From: Octopus bimaculoides
Taxonomy: Eukaryota
Assembly: GCF_001194135.2 (NCBI RefSeq)
Contig: NC_068996.1
Coordinates: 13,309,192-13,373,191, forward strand
DNA: 64,000 nt
Reading direction: 5' to 3'
Shown here: positions 38,171 through 51,270 of the stretch, piece after piece
Position numbering within the stretch: position 1 is the first letter of the stretch
Layout: each line of letters begins with the position of its first letter
The notes under the pieces: generated by a model
Told to the model about the DNA's origin: nothing
The model's database searches: none
Seen by the model: the letters and a program-made list of their open reading frames with translations, nothing else
Made by a program: the position numbers and the translations under genes

Positions 38171-39339
38171 GGTCTAAAGAGAACCATATGTGCTACACGT
38201 ATTCAGTTTTATTCTTGTAGCTTCGTATATTACATTAGGTTCCAGGCAATCCGTGGTGTTGTTCTAAGAGTGCCATGCGGCAGTTTACTGATTTTGGCAC
38301 AGTACAAAGTGAATGACTATTAAATTAAATGACTAAGAAAGCAGGAATTACAACGAAAGAATGATAAAAAAAAATATTGATCAGTTTCCTGTACAAAGCA
38401 GCGGGGTTTGGTTTGCGCCGTAGTGCTATGATCAGCAGGTGTTCCTACTGAGTAAATAAGAAGATAAGTTGATTATAGTCAGCTTATTCACCAGGTTCAG
38501 CCTAACAACTTCCAAGAATTTCTCATGAGATATATTGCTGGTCATGGGAAGTGTAAGTGTATTAGGTAGTGAAGCTTTTTAAATTCAAATACCACACTAC
38601 AATTATTATCGGCAAACGAGAATGGCCTACCGACAGCTAACACTTTTTCTCCGAGTTCTTGGATTATTTTCTGTCTTATATTTAATAAAGCGAAACCTTC
38701 TCGAAATATAATAGAAATTTTAAACAGCCTTTGCGTGGCGAAGCAATATTTTTTTTGTGTATTTATTTATTGCCATAACTTTACATAATTTGCCCAAATT
38801 CTCAACTGCATTGCTTAAAGGGCTTTTTAAAAAAACATATTCATCATTTGCACATTGCCATGCTTCAAGTAAATTACAGTACATATTACAAAATGGAAGC
38901 TATGCTGCAAAAGTCTGTTGGCTTCAGTCCAATATATACTCACCGACCAACGTTCTATTGATACGAATGGGCAGGAGTGAGTAATGGATATCTGACGAGA
39001 CGTTAAGAATTGCTATAACTAATCAGATCAATCACTTTAGATGGAAACAGAAAATTAATTATAGCTTAATCATGGCGTATTCTTTTATGTGCCAATGTGG
39101 AAGTCTTTTTGTGTTTGTTCAGGTGTAACCGCAGCGAAATATCCTTCAAACCACACTACTATTAAAAAAAAAAACATGATACATTGGTTAATGTAGCCCA
39201 CAGCTTGAAAATAAAAAGATGAAATGGTCATGTCTGGAATGTTTTTAATAAAAGTCTAAATCAGATCTTAACATCATCATCCTCATCATCATAATTATTG
39301 TCATCATCGTCATCACAATCATCATCGTAGTCGTCGTCA

Positions 39340-39620
39340 GAGAGACTAATAGCAAGGAAATCTATACGCAGCTTCCTCCCTAAAGCACAAATCTCGTAAC
39401 ATCTACCTCCAACTATTCCCCTTATCATTTTCAGACTTCGGTGTCTTCTTATACGTACAATCAATCCTCTCTACGTGAAACTCACATGGTATCAGTATTA
39501 AGGATTTCCGCATGAAACCCTGCTCTTTTCTACTGCTTCTTAAACTCCTTCGATTAAATTCAGATGTTTTACCGTATAATTTTCTGTTTTCAGGATGTAT
39601 ATTATTTTGCATGTCTTGAA
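39340..39620 (-). mobile_element. Possible Dong/R4-type post-RT fragment (the only minus-strand one seen)
   Basis: MQNNIHPENRKLY resembles the MHxxxHP motif; followed on its own strand by a (GAT)n tract at 39265-39340. Confidence 0.35.
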
Positions 39621-40329
39621 GTAATTAAATCTCCCATAATCATCTGTCTGTGCCATTGACTATCCGCTTATATACACATTCCCTACAGATATACTGATAT
39701 AGGAATTACCACTTATTCTTTTTCTTTACTGCCATCTTTCATTCGTCATTTCACTCAAGCCTTCAACCAACACCTCCGAAATCCCTCATGCTACACTCCT
39801 CTCCACACACAGATTCATACGCACATTTACATTGAATGTTCTGAAACGGGTAAAAAAGACTCAGTTACTTTTATCTCACCTTATGTAGATTTAAATATCA
39901 AACATCTAATAATCACAAAATAGAGCAGTTGTAGATGATCTCATGTAGCGAACCAACATATATAAAATTTTCCAGAGCTGCATTAAATAGAAATACTTAA
40001 GTCTTGACGAGCCGAAAACCCGCTTCAAAGCTCGATTTACATCCGTATCATAATATGGTTTCTAGTATTAAAATGCAACATACACAAATATTCTAGATCA
40101 CATAAAATGTAATGAAACGTAAGATATTTAATCATCAACGATCTTTAACTGCTAACGGGGACGTCGTTCACTTAGAACAACACAGCACGACTGTATTTTC
40201 AAGTTCAAACTAAATGCCCTAATTTATTCAAATAGCTTTTTAATTTCATCAGCGTGGGAGGGGCAAAAGCACACAAATGATAAGAGGAGAACGCCTGATG
40301 AAAAGCGTATATGTTTAGAATCTGTTCCG

Positions 40330-40870
40330 ATTTCACCCCGCCAATAAACTAATTATCACTATATATAGAAGCTAATACGCCTAACGTGTGAGGGATGGTA
40401 GTAGTGGATTTCTGTTTCTTATCTGTATTCTCAGTTTGTTCTTCTAGCAGCATCAGCTCCTCGTTAGATAAACATTCCATATGGGACACTAGCACTTTAG
40501 TCACATCATCCTCTATAACTTCTTCAAACCCTACATCATTTCCAAGTGTCACAATGTATTTCACGGATATAGTCTGGTCATATATTTTTTCAAGCACCAT
40601 TCAAAGTTAAAATTTTCCCTTCATTCCATGACTCATGTATGTTATCTGCAACATCAGTTATGTTAAACGTCTTCTATACGTCTCTAGTTTTAGGTTTATA
40701 CTCCCTGTCATTTGCTTTGTGAGTTGTTGAAATACTTTACTCGGAAAATACGTCGGGTAGTTAGCTATCACACTTTGATCCATTGACTGGAACAAAGAAA
40801 TTGTATTCTTGGTGACACATTCTATTTTCACATTATCAGGAAGTTCATTCAGAAAAGAACAGTTTGCGAG
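40330..40870 (-). mobile_element. pogo/Tigger-like transposase remnant (DDE_1 C-terminal half)
   Basis: NVKIECVTKNTISLFQSMDQSVIA, FNITDVADNIHESWNE, IVTLGNDVGFEEVIEDDVTKVLVSHMECLSNEELM. No TIRs identified. Confidence 0.75.
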
Positions 40871-41476
40871 AACGAAGCATTATTGTATTCCTATGGATGT
40901 AAGAATGAAAATGGCAAGATGAAATTGTGAAAAAATGATGTGGCAGGAAGTAATGTGAGAGTAGAGTTAGCTGAAGGCTTATCAGGTTCGTGGACACTTG
41001 GCACCTTACAGTTCTGACTTGAGCGATAAAAATTCCACATTCTACCCTAAAAGGCATTCCTTTGTGTTGACATACACCATGTGTAGCTACAGATATAGCT
41101 GTCATGCTGATTCTTTTAATCTTGTAACCAGTTGATCATTTAAAAGGTGTTGGGTAAGAGTAACGGTAGTATTTACTGAGTTGGATTTGGTGTTGGGGAT
41201 GATGGCGATGGTGATTCTAAGGAATATTTTTAAGGTGTTGACGCGTATGCTCCTCCACTGAGGCATTTGTTAAATTCGCAAACTGGATTTTTGGGCCGGA
41301 AGTAGATGCATTACTTTGCCTGCTTGAGCGTGTGGGACGACCATCGGATGTAGTCAAAAGTCTCAACCATACTCCAACCTCGACTTAGCGCTGCCACAAA
41401 AACAAGTCAGTCATAACGGGTATCGTCGGTAGTGTGGTTGATCAGTTTGTTCTTGTAAATTGCATTGTTGTTGTTG

Positions 41477-41832
41477 AGGAGGTGCAAAGGCCCACTGGTT
41501 AGGACAGCGGGCTTGCGGTTTCGATTCCCAGACCAGGCGTTGTGAGTTTTTATTGAGCGAAAACACGTAAAGCTCCACGAGGCTCTGGCAGGGGATGGTG
41601 GCGAACCCTGCTGTACTCTTTCTCTCACTCTTACTTTCTGTTTCTGTTGTGCCTGTATTTCAAAATGCCAGCCTTGTCACATTGTGTCACGCTGAATATC
41701 CCCGAGAACTACGTTAAGGGTACACGTGTCTGTGGAGTGCTCAGCCACTTGCACGTTAATTTCACGAGCAGGCAGTTCCGTTGATCGGATCAACTGGAAC
41801 CCTCGACGTCGTAAGTGACGGAGTGCCAACAA
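41477..41832 (+). mobile_element. SINE family 3 with ~14-bp TSD
   Basis: Matches the reverse complement of 15032-15411; cattgttgttgttg (41463-41476) / cattgttgttgctg (41833-41846). Confidence 0.9.
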
Positions 41833-42320
41833 CATTGTTGTTGCTGTTCAATCTCAAGCCTACACCACTTGACCTAAAATCCACGGTATTTCATTCAACT
41901 TTTAAAATACAACAGGGTACCACAATAACTTATGTGATTGTCTTTTCTTTTAGAAAGAGTAACTTATCTTGTTTGTAGTAGTGTTGCTGAGGTATGAAGT
42001 GGCTGGTAAGTTGCTATTACTAGTGGCTGTATTCTTTTGGTATTGATGCTAGTTGTGTTGGATTTGATGACAGATAGAGGTGATGACAGATAGCGATATG
42101 TATATATATATATATATTACACGCGTATACACATGCACGCACGAGCGCGCACAGATAGACGTATATGTATGCACGAATAAAATAGGAAAAAGTTGTTGTT
42201 TTCAGAGCATATATTAATAATCAATTAAAATCCAAGAGACGTGAGAAGAAAATAGAATTTAATTCCGTACGGTTATAGCTGTTTCTTCAATCCCTTTCAG
42301 CTGTATCATCAACTCTGATT

Positions 42321-42324
<4 letters not shown>

Positions 42325-42363
<39 letters not shown>

Positions 42364-42397
42364 TATATACACTTCTCATTCATATTGCATAAATATA

Positions 42398-42470
<73 letters not shown>

Positions 42471-42504
42471 TATATACACTTCTCATTCATATTGCATAAA
42501 TATA

Positions 42505-42541
<37 letters not shown>

Positions 42542-42868
42542 ACACAAATATATAAACATTATATATATGTGTGTGTGCGTGTGTATATAATACAGTTGTA
42601 TTCATACATAACGATTAAACTACTCGACTACCCATTTTCTTGACATGGAGAGATAAATGGCGAGTTAGTTAAAAAGATGTCTGACGGAAAAGGGAAAATA
42701 TCTACAAAGATATACTGGAATGCACAAATATCCACAGTTAAAAATTCTCCACCACCACACACATACACACACACACTCTCCGTTAGTACTTATAGTTAGG
42801 CATACACAAACATTACCATAAACATACATACTTATGCATATACATACAGGCATGTATACATACATGCA

Positions 42869-42900
<32 letters not shown>

Positions 42901-42934
42901 CACCTACATACACACATACATACATGCATACACA

Positions 42935-42999
<65 letters not shown>

Positions 43000-43010
43000 A
43001 TACACACTGA
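42325..43010. repeat. (TA)n/(CATA)n simple-repeat block
   Basis: Seen directly in sequence. Confidence 0.9.
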
Positions 43011-43214
43011 CACACAGACACACTCACAGAATTATTGTGTTTTTAACTAAATCGAAACGTGGCCTTTGGCTTTAGAAGTAAGTATAGCTTGTATCCGACT
43101 TTCCGAGGACGAAATTAGAGATGAATACCAAGAGTGGCACATGTAGCCATTTAGTTACGCTTGTAACATATCGTGAAATATCATATCAGAATTGTACCAC
43201 GCCAGATTCGAGTT

Positions 43215-43415
43215 TGCAGAAGAATAATGAGAATGATGACAATTATGATGACGTTGACGACGAGGACGATGATGATGATGGTGGTGGTGGTGGTGGTGGT
43301 GATGACAAAAATAATGATGATGATGATGACGATGCTAATAACAATGATGATGATGAGGAGGACAGGACGATGATGACGACGACGGTGGTGGTGGTGGTGA
43401 TGGTGATGCTAATGA
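43215..43415. repeat. Compound (GAT/GAC/GGT) trinucleotide repeat
   Basis: Seen directly in sequence. Confidence 0.9.
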
Positions 43416-43416
43416 C

Positions 43417-43550
43417 TGCTTCAAATTTTGGCACAAGGCCAGCCAGTAGGTGGAATGAGTTTAGTCAATTATGCCGACCCCCCCCCCCCCACAGTACTTG
43501 ACTTGTTCTTATTTTATCTACCTCAAAAGGATGTTAGGTAAAGTTAATAT
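43417..43550 (-). mobile_element. SINE family 2, diverged partial
   Basis: cttcaaattttggcacaaggccagc...ttcttattttatctacctcaaaaggatg. Confidence 0.6.
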
Positions 43551-43599
43551 GTTAAGGTTATCTGCGAAAACATTAAAAATATCAGAAAACTGAGATTAG

Positions 43600-45240
43600 T
43601 AAGTAAAATGTGGTTGTAGAATTGTTAGGGGTGGGGGAAGTAAGTCCAAAAGAATGACCAGTAAGTACTCTGGTGGAAAAAAGTGATTACTAATGAAGAT
43701 TAATGGCCTGAGAAATGACATGTTAATGGCACCATTGGAAGTAGAGTAAATTAAAGAAAGAAGAGAAAGATAGATTAGCGGAAATGTATAAATTTAGGAA
43801 AAAGGGGAAATGATACAAAGATCGAAGAACTAAAGCAGAGAATACAGGGAAAACCAAAAAATACGAAGAAATATAATAAATGAATTTAATAAAACCAAAA
43901 AGATTAATTTGAAATACTTGATTTAAAAGAGAGAAATGTTAGTATAAGGTCGAATACTGAAAATGGCAAGAAATTTTGAGGAGATATTTGGTAAAAATTG
44001 TGAAAGCAATAATAACGCGGAGTGGAAAAAGGAAGCACAAAATTATAGTGAAAATATTGAGGCACACAATGATGTTACAAAGAGGATAAAAAATATTTAA
44101 GAGCAGTATAAAAAAAAGTTAGCTAAATGAAAAGCGGCAGAATGAAACCTGACCCATGGGTGCTGTCTGAAAGGATTTACCACTCTCCATGTAATATAAC
44201 TCAATGAGTAATATAACTCAATGAGTACATAGCAAAAAGGGAGGCACCACGAGAAGATAAAGGAAGACAAATTTAAAAGAAAGATTGTTTCAGATTACTG
44301 ACGGTTTTTTTTTTGTCTATCAAATACATGGTAACTCCTAGGAGGAATAATTTTAGAGAAAGGATATCAACATATCTGACGAATAGAAAGGTTGTAGACA
44401 AAAGAACAGAGGGAATAAAAACGATTAATGATTGAGAAAATAGAATTGCAGGAAGAGATTGACAAATTTATGCAACGCATGGGTAGATTGTAGAAAATTA
44501 TACGACCTGGTCCCAAATACTGAAAGAAAAAATGAAGAAGTATTTCACATTGCATAGCGAATCCGATCCAGCTATAACGGGAAAGAGTTGAAGAGGAGAG
44601 AGTGTTAGTGAGTACTAAAAAAAAACCCGTATAACTAGAAAAGATAACTCTACGTAGTTGCCAAGAAGAAAAATAAGAAATACTCATTAAGGAGTTTATA
44701 AGTGAATGGCTGTTAACAGAATGTGCAGAACCTCAAAATACAAATAAATAAATAAATAAAGGACTGGTGGCTGTAACTAAAAGTAGGGGTACTGTGGAAA
44801 TGATTTGGGAATGTCAGGAACGAGTCCTAAGGAGTAAATAGGTTGATACATGAACAAGATTGTTCACCTAAAGGCACAATGTAAGATGATTCAGATGAAA
44901 ACATAGTTCACACCGAAGAATAATGTTCACGCAGTTAGCTCAGAGCGAATGCAAAATGTATAATTATGATATGATACAATGAAATTTTTGCGGGAAATTT
45001 GATTTTGCAAGCACAGAAAAATAGCTATAATTATTTGGCAATAATGGGAGCACAAACCCTCGAAAACGATGAGGTGAAGCTGTTGCAGAAGAAAAAGTGA
45101 AAGAGAGAACACAGGAGACGGGATATTGTCGACAAGGGGAAAAAATTAGTACTGTGATCATAATGGTATTTTCATTTAATACTGAATTAAAATAAAGGAG
45201 AAAAATAAGTGTAGAGTATTATACCGACTGAAAATAGGAG
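43600..45240 (+). mobile_element. Heavily decayed, deleted Dong/R4-type LINE
   Basis: IEELKQRI pre-RT motif, HGxxLKGFTTLH, QERVLRS and AQSECK remnants, ENDEVKLL. Confidence 0.55.
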
Positions 45241-45254
45241 ATGCTCAATGCTGG

Positions 45255-45450
45255 AACAGGGAAATTAAAAATTAAGAGGGGACTAGTCGATTACAACGAC
45301 CCCGGCGTTCAGCTTGTAATTATTTTATCGATCGTGAGAGAATGAATTGCATAGTTGACCTCTGCGGAATTTGAACTGAGAACGTTAGCATGGATAAATT
45401 GCCGCTAAGCATTTGAACTGGCGTGGTAACGATTGTGACAATAGCAACAA
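45255..45450 (-). mobile_element. SINE family 2, diverged
   Basis: agtcgattacaacgaccccggcg...ggaatttgaactgagaacgt...gccgctaagcattt. Confidence 0.7.
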
Positions 45451-45599
45451 CAACAATAGCAACAAATCTAGCGTGTAAAGTTGGAACTACCAGATACCAT
45501 TGGAAGTACACAGATGACGACCATACTTGGAATTTCGCATGTGCTGATGAAAGTGGTGTGTCTCTAAGGTGTGGGAAGAAGCTGAAAGATGATATAGAT

Positions 45600-46720
45600 A
45601 ACCCAGAATATCAAAAGGAGAGAGAGTCATGATAATAATAATATTACTGCAAGAGTGAATTAGACGAAAAATGAAACAGGCATTAAAGATGAAAACGGAG
45701 AGCAAGAAACATACACAAACAAAAAGAAAGCAGATGAAACCTAACTATGCATGGATCAATTCACGGAAAGGCAAATGCCAGTCGTTTATTCACGAAGCGG
45801 AAGATTGGAGGAAAAGGATTTATTAGAATATTTTTGATTGTGTAACTGAAGAACAAACGTCAGTAAACCACTACGTTGCCAAGAGTAAAAATAACTATAT
45901 AAATTTGCTGCAATGGAACAAGGATTTACTTGCGTGAAACACGAAGAGAAAAAAATGATACCAAAGCCAGATAATTTGTGAAAGGGATGAAACGCTAGAA
46001 GAATTATCCATGTAGTTACATGGACAATTACTCAACGTCATCAAGATTATGAAATATCATATCTCAACAATGGGATTCCAGAGTGGAAATTTAAAGAAAC
46101 TGAGAGTTTGCTGGTTGCTGCTCAAGATCAAGCCGCAAACATTAGTTGAGGAAACCATGGTATTATTTTCCACCACTTCAATGAACGAGTGATGATAATG
46201 TTAGGTACGAGTGTAAGTTACTTTATTAAGCGGTCAAATATTAGGTTGGAATTAGTATAAATGATGCCATAGTAAGGTCTATCTCAATCTACACTAGGTA
46301 GTCTACAAATAGTATTGATGCAATATTTTAGACAATTGTTACCAGAACGATATAAGAAATGAAGAGAAAATTCTATGGGACTGTTGACAGCCAGACTGCG
46401 AGAACAATTGAACACCACAGACCATATATCATTATACATGACATAAAAAAGACTACACCCCAAAATAAGCGTTATAATTCCTTTAGACAAACACCTTGCA
46501 GACAAAGAAGTAGAAAAGATGTGGAAATATGCTGAAGTAAAAGCAGAAATATCAGGTGTGTGGGAATACCCAGTAGTAAAAATAAAAATGGGCCAGTTAT
46601 CGTCGAAGCATTAGGTTAAAGTTACCATACCACATGGAATGTTTCGACATTAAGACGGACACGAACGTGCTTAATAATTCTACACCCCTGGAACGGCTCA
46701 TACTCTATCATATTTGCATA
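45600..46720 (+). mobile_element. Decayed Dong/R4-type LINE 3' third
   Basis: MHGSIHGKANASRLF, KETESLLVAAQDQA, RTIEHHRPYIIIHD, DKEVEKMWKYAEVKAEISGVW. Confidence 0.7.
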
Positions 46721-46861
46721 TTAAGAGCTCTTGTTAAAGGATTCACTGTTAATATGAAGAATGAAAAACATCAACAGAAAATAGTAATTTGTATCTATAT
46801 TCTGCAAAAAAAATATAATGATCACAATAAATCTTTCTACAATAGGTACAAGATAATAAAG

Positions 46862-46953
46862 TTTGGGTGATGGGGTCTCGATTACATCGACCCCGGTGTT
46901 TAACTGGTACTTATTTTACCGACCCCGGAATAATGACAGGCAAAGTCGACCTA
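46862..46953 (-). mobile_element. SINE family 2, partial
   Basis: tcgattacatcgaccccggtgtttaactggtacttattttaccgacccc...ggcaaagtcgacct. Confidence 0.75.
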
Positions 46954-46962
46954 GTAATAATG

Positions 46963-47000
<38 letters not shown>

Positions 47001-47049
47001 AATAAACGAAGATCAAAGCTTACTTAACAAAAAACTACCAGGCTTCGAA

Positions 47050-47202
47050 ACACACACGCACACGCACACACACACACACGCACACACACACAGATACAGA
47101 CACACAGAGACACATGCACACACACGCAGATACACACACATGTACACACATACGTACACAAGCACACACTACACACAAGTACACACACACACACACACAC
47201 AC
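47050..47202. repeat. CA-rich compound microsatellite
   Basis: Seen directly in sequence. Confidence 0.9.
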
Positions 47203-47696
47203 ATCATTGCCGTTTTCAAATAGCGTCAGGTCATAGCTGGAAAACAAAAAGAGGTATTTGTGCTCATGAAATTAGGTAGGATTGAAAGGTTTTGCTTCAA
47301 GAAAATGACACAATATGTCTAATTCTTATAACAAGAAATTTCTCATCATTTCTAGTCACCTTAAGCCGTTATTTTCTGAAACAATTTTTAAGTGTTACAC
47401 CAAAATGCACGTGAAGGATGTTTTCGACTAAGTCGGGATTCGAAAATGTTGAACTGATCGAAGAGTTTCTTTTACAAAAGTGTAGATAACATAAGGAATG
47501 ATAAATTATCCACAAAAGCTTCCTCCCACACAAATAAATGTTATTATTCGGAATCGAATAGATTTTCCATTATAGCCCTGCAGCTGCTCTACTCATCGAT
47601 GCAAAATTCAAAACAAACAACATAACTAGATCTTGGTCAAATATGTAGAACGTACACAAAAATTTTGACGCTACACCGTTGTTCATTAACACAGAT

Positions 47697-47737
<41 letters not shown>

Positions 47738-47795
47738 ACACACACACACACACACGCACGCACACACACACACATGCGCACACACACATGCATGC
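47697..47795. repeat. (CA)n microsatellite
   Basis: Seen directly in sequence. Confidence 0.9.
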
Positions 47796-49658
47796 GTGAG
47801 CGCGCTGAAATAATCATTTGGATTCTATTTACATTTTGAAACAACGAAGTTGGTTTTTCTGTAATCTATATTTAAACTTTCCTGAAATACTCACTTTTAT
47901 CACATAGTATATCTTATTGAATTCTAAATTAAATGTTTTATTTACTTGATTAGGAATATTCCCGAATGAGTATGTGTCTTAATACCGAACAAGTTTGGTA
48001 GTTTTGTTTTAGTTTTGTTTCCATTTAGAGAGTAAACACAATATTTGACGAGTATTGGTTGTAAGGCTTCGAACTTGCGTTTATGCAGGAAAATATTGCA
48101 CACGCACAAGCACACACCGACACACGCGTGCACAGACACACACACGCGCGCACGCACGCATACACATACACACACACTACACAATCATACATGCTTACAT
48201 AAACAGTAAGATTAATTAATTTCCTCATATCGCTTTAAGTAATTTTATATAACATTCAGGTGTTTATGCAGCTGAATATTAAATAATTTTAATACCTGTG
48301 GTTATTCATAAAACAGTCTAATAATATATTATATAATTTCCATACATCAAGTACGTTAAGCCATAGATTCGTGCAATAATTGAAGAATTTCCAATATGTA
48401 TATATATACTGTAATAACTGGTGGAATTGGAAGCCTGAACCTAGTATAAAGGAATTATTTCTCCATTGGTTCTTATACTAAATCAGCTGAGTCATCTAGA
48501 TCTACAATAAACTATTTGATGTTACATCACTTCATATCATAACTCAGTCAACTAAAGTACCTTTACATGTTCACCTAACCCATAGAAATAGTAGCGAAAT
48601 ACTCCTCTTATCATGCTTTACCATTAAGTAAAGGAAAATTAACTTTATATATGATGTGGCATTACTCATCAATAATTGTCTGTATTAATAACTGCTTCAG
48701 TACCTTTGTTTGATATCAGGTTTTGGTAAGTGTCAGCCAGATTCTATGCAGCAGCAGCATGATCACGTGATTGCTCACCACCAACAGTAACAGCCACAAC
48801 ACTAACAACAACAACATATCTTTATCATATAAGTAACAATCAACTGTAGCATAAATACATTCTAATAAAATAAGCATTTGACTCTCACTCACACACATCT
48901 CATCAAACCCAGAAATATATTTACAATTTTGCTTTCAGACATAGTCGGTGTCCAGCATATTACTGTCTACTGGTTGAAATTAATAATGACGCAAGAGAAT
49001 GTAGGCATATACATACATACATACATACATACATTCACAGAGAAAGAAAGAGAGAGACACAGAGAAAGGGAGAGAGAGAAACAGAAAGAAAGTTATTTAC
49101 ACAACTGTGCTCACTTATTACGTTAAGACATACGCTTCCATAACACCCCTTCTCGCTTACATAAGCACCTATCGCTCGTTTTTGCAGGTGTGCGCTAATT
49201 ACCATACTTACGAATACTTACAAATTCATGCACTCACATATATACAAACAATCACACGTACACACATGACTGTGTACACCTGTGAGCTAATTAGAAAACT
49301 CATAGGCATAGATAAACATTTTCAGAATTGAATGACCAACAGCCAATAGGTAACTTTAGCATACCTTTCTATGTGCCCTGAAGTAAAGCTATGCTGTTAT
49401 CATTTCATTATGAATATAAATTCCTCTATAATCCAAACGAAATTAGTGAATTTGATTAGTTAACATAACAAACTTCACGAATTACTGGTTCATGGCATCA
49501 AAAAGTATCTGAGAAATGAAAAAAAATAAATCAATAGATTGATAAAAAAATAAAATTGTTGATGATGTACTTTTAACTCCAGGTCATCCTTAATGAAACA
49601 GCTCTGTAATACAACCTTGGCCATTTAGTTTTGTTCAGCTTTATTAATTAGTGTGTTA

Positions 49659-49995
49659 GTGGAGGCGCAATGGCCCAGTGGTTAGGGCAGCGGATTCGCG
49701 GTCATAGGATCGCGGTTTCGATTCCCAGACCGGGCGTTGTGAGTGTTTATTAAGTGAAAACATCTAAAGCTCCACGAGGCTCCGGCAGGGGATGGTGGCG
49801 AACCCTGCTGTACTCTTTCACCACAACTTTCTCTCACTCTTACTTCCTGTTTCTGTTGTGTCTGTAATTTAAATGGTTAGCTTTATATCCCCGAGAACTA
49901 CGTTAAGGGTACACGTGTCTGTGGAGTTAATTTCACGAGCAGGCTGTTCAACTGGAACCCTCGACGTCGTAAGCGACGGAGTGCCAACAACAACA
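49659..49995 (+). mobile_element. SINE family 3 with two internal deletions
   Basis: Head gtggaggcgcaatggcccagtggttagggcagcgg...ggtttcgattccc. Lacks the tgtcacac and agccacttgcac...gttgatcggat segments present in the other copies; (caa)n tail. Confidence 0.9.
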
Positions 49996-50699
49996 AATTT
50001 GTGTGTCATCTCATTTAGTAAGACTGAGGTATGTTGCAAAAGTGGGATTTGGTTGTTATTTCTAGTTATCACTTTACGATCTGAACTGTAAACAATTGTT
50101 ATAAAGAAAGAATATAAGTATTGCGTGCTTAAAAGTATGATAAACTTGAACTCGTGGTATATAGTACATGTATTTTAATAAAATATTAAATGTTTTGTGT
50201 TTGTTATTATTTAGACAACAGGTCAACCGCGATCTAGTAGAGATATTTTCCAGTCTTGACCATTCGTGTCCGATATTGTACCTATATTAGATACCAATAC
50301 ATACCCGACATCTTGATGAACTGATGCAAGTATACTTGCATCTTTCCCAGAAATACACAGAAGTAATTGTATCTGGTTTAAGGTCCAAGGAGAGAGCTTT
50401 TATGGGATATCCCTATCTAAAAGAAATAACAGTTAATACTCTCTCAAAATCTCATCCGATCGTCTAATAAAGGACTATTTTTTATATGTTCCTGGGTTTC
50501 CTAAACATATAAAAAAGACTGGATGACCATGGCTGTAATATCTTTGATGTATTCTTTTATCCAGAACCGACTTGGGTCTAGAATACAATAACATGTAATC
50601 CATTGCATGGAACTCAGTATATTATTTACTGTAGCTTTCCACTTCTATGATTGTGAAGATCAAATAAGAAAAGAACGAAATAAATTATTTGAATACTGG

Positions 50700-51270
50700 T
50701 TTCTAATTTTAGCGCAAGGCCAGCAGGTTTGGGGGCGGTGTAAGTCGATTACATCGACCCCAGTGAATATCTAGTACTTATTTATCAACTCTGAAAAGAT
50801 GAAAGGCAAAATCAACCTTGTCGGTATTTGAACTCAGAACGTAAAGACGGACGAAATGTTGCTAAGTATTTTCCTGTACATACTAACGACATTGTCAGTT
50901 CACCGCATTTTAAAGTGCTTGAATATTAATTTCAAGTTTTAAGGTCGGCAATTTCGGGGGAGGGGTTCAGTCGATTGCATCGACCTTAGTACTCAACTGG
51001 TACTTATTTTGTGAACCCCGAAAGAATGAAAGGTAAAATCTACCTCGGTGGAATTTGAACTCAGAATGTTAAGACAGACGAAACGCCGTTAAGCATTTTG
51101 CCCCGCATGCTAACGACTCTACCAGTGCACCGCCTTTTGAAGTGCTTAAATAATGATTAATCATATCAGTTTCGATGGGTGAGGAAGCGGAGTTAATCAA
51201 GTAAATTTCAAAATTCGACTTGCTTATTTTATTGACTAATGTAACCTTGGGGTGATTTGAACTCAGAAAT
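50700..51270 (-). mobile_element. Tandem SINE family 2 copies (two near-complete plus one partial)
   Basis: Core repeated at ~50745, ~50970 and loosely ~51200. Confidence 0.8.

Noticed and set aside
38200-39100. Non-repetitive-looking stretches as host exons (also 1800-3200, 14540-15000, 47200-49600, 59000-59700)
   Set aside because: No ORF with recognisable domain or codon bias, and no convincing splice-site pair. Short exons cannot be excluded without RNA-seq.
40880-41400. Possible gag/ORF1-like remnant on - (VRTVRCQV; NLTNASVEE)
   Set aside because: Only vague motif resemblance and no complete CCHC knuckle; cannot be supported without a profile search.
44191-44227. 17-bp perfect tandem duplication (similar small ones at ~21690-21735 and ~4985-5012)
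   Set aside because: Ordinary slippage or repair duplications within dead elements; no further structure.
45423-45632. 69-aa ORF with Cys/Trp content resembling a small secreted peptide
   Set aside because: It overlaps a SINE2 end and the decayed 3' end of a Dong-type LINE; no splice or promoter support.
49659-49740. tRNA gene candidates at SINE heads (also 96-165, 1304-1390, 15335-15411, 41477-41545)
   Set aside because: A/B boxes continue into shared SINE bodies, with TSDs in several copies, and lack a complete acceptor stem. They are SINE heads, not tRNA genes.
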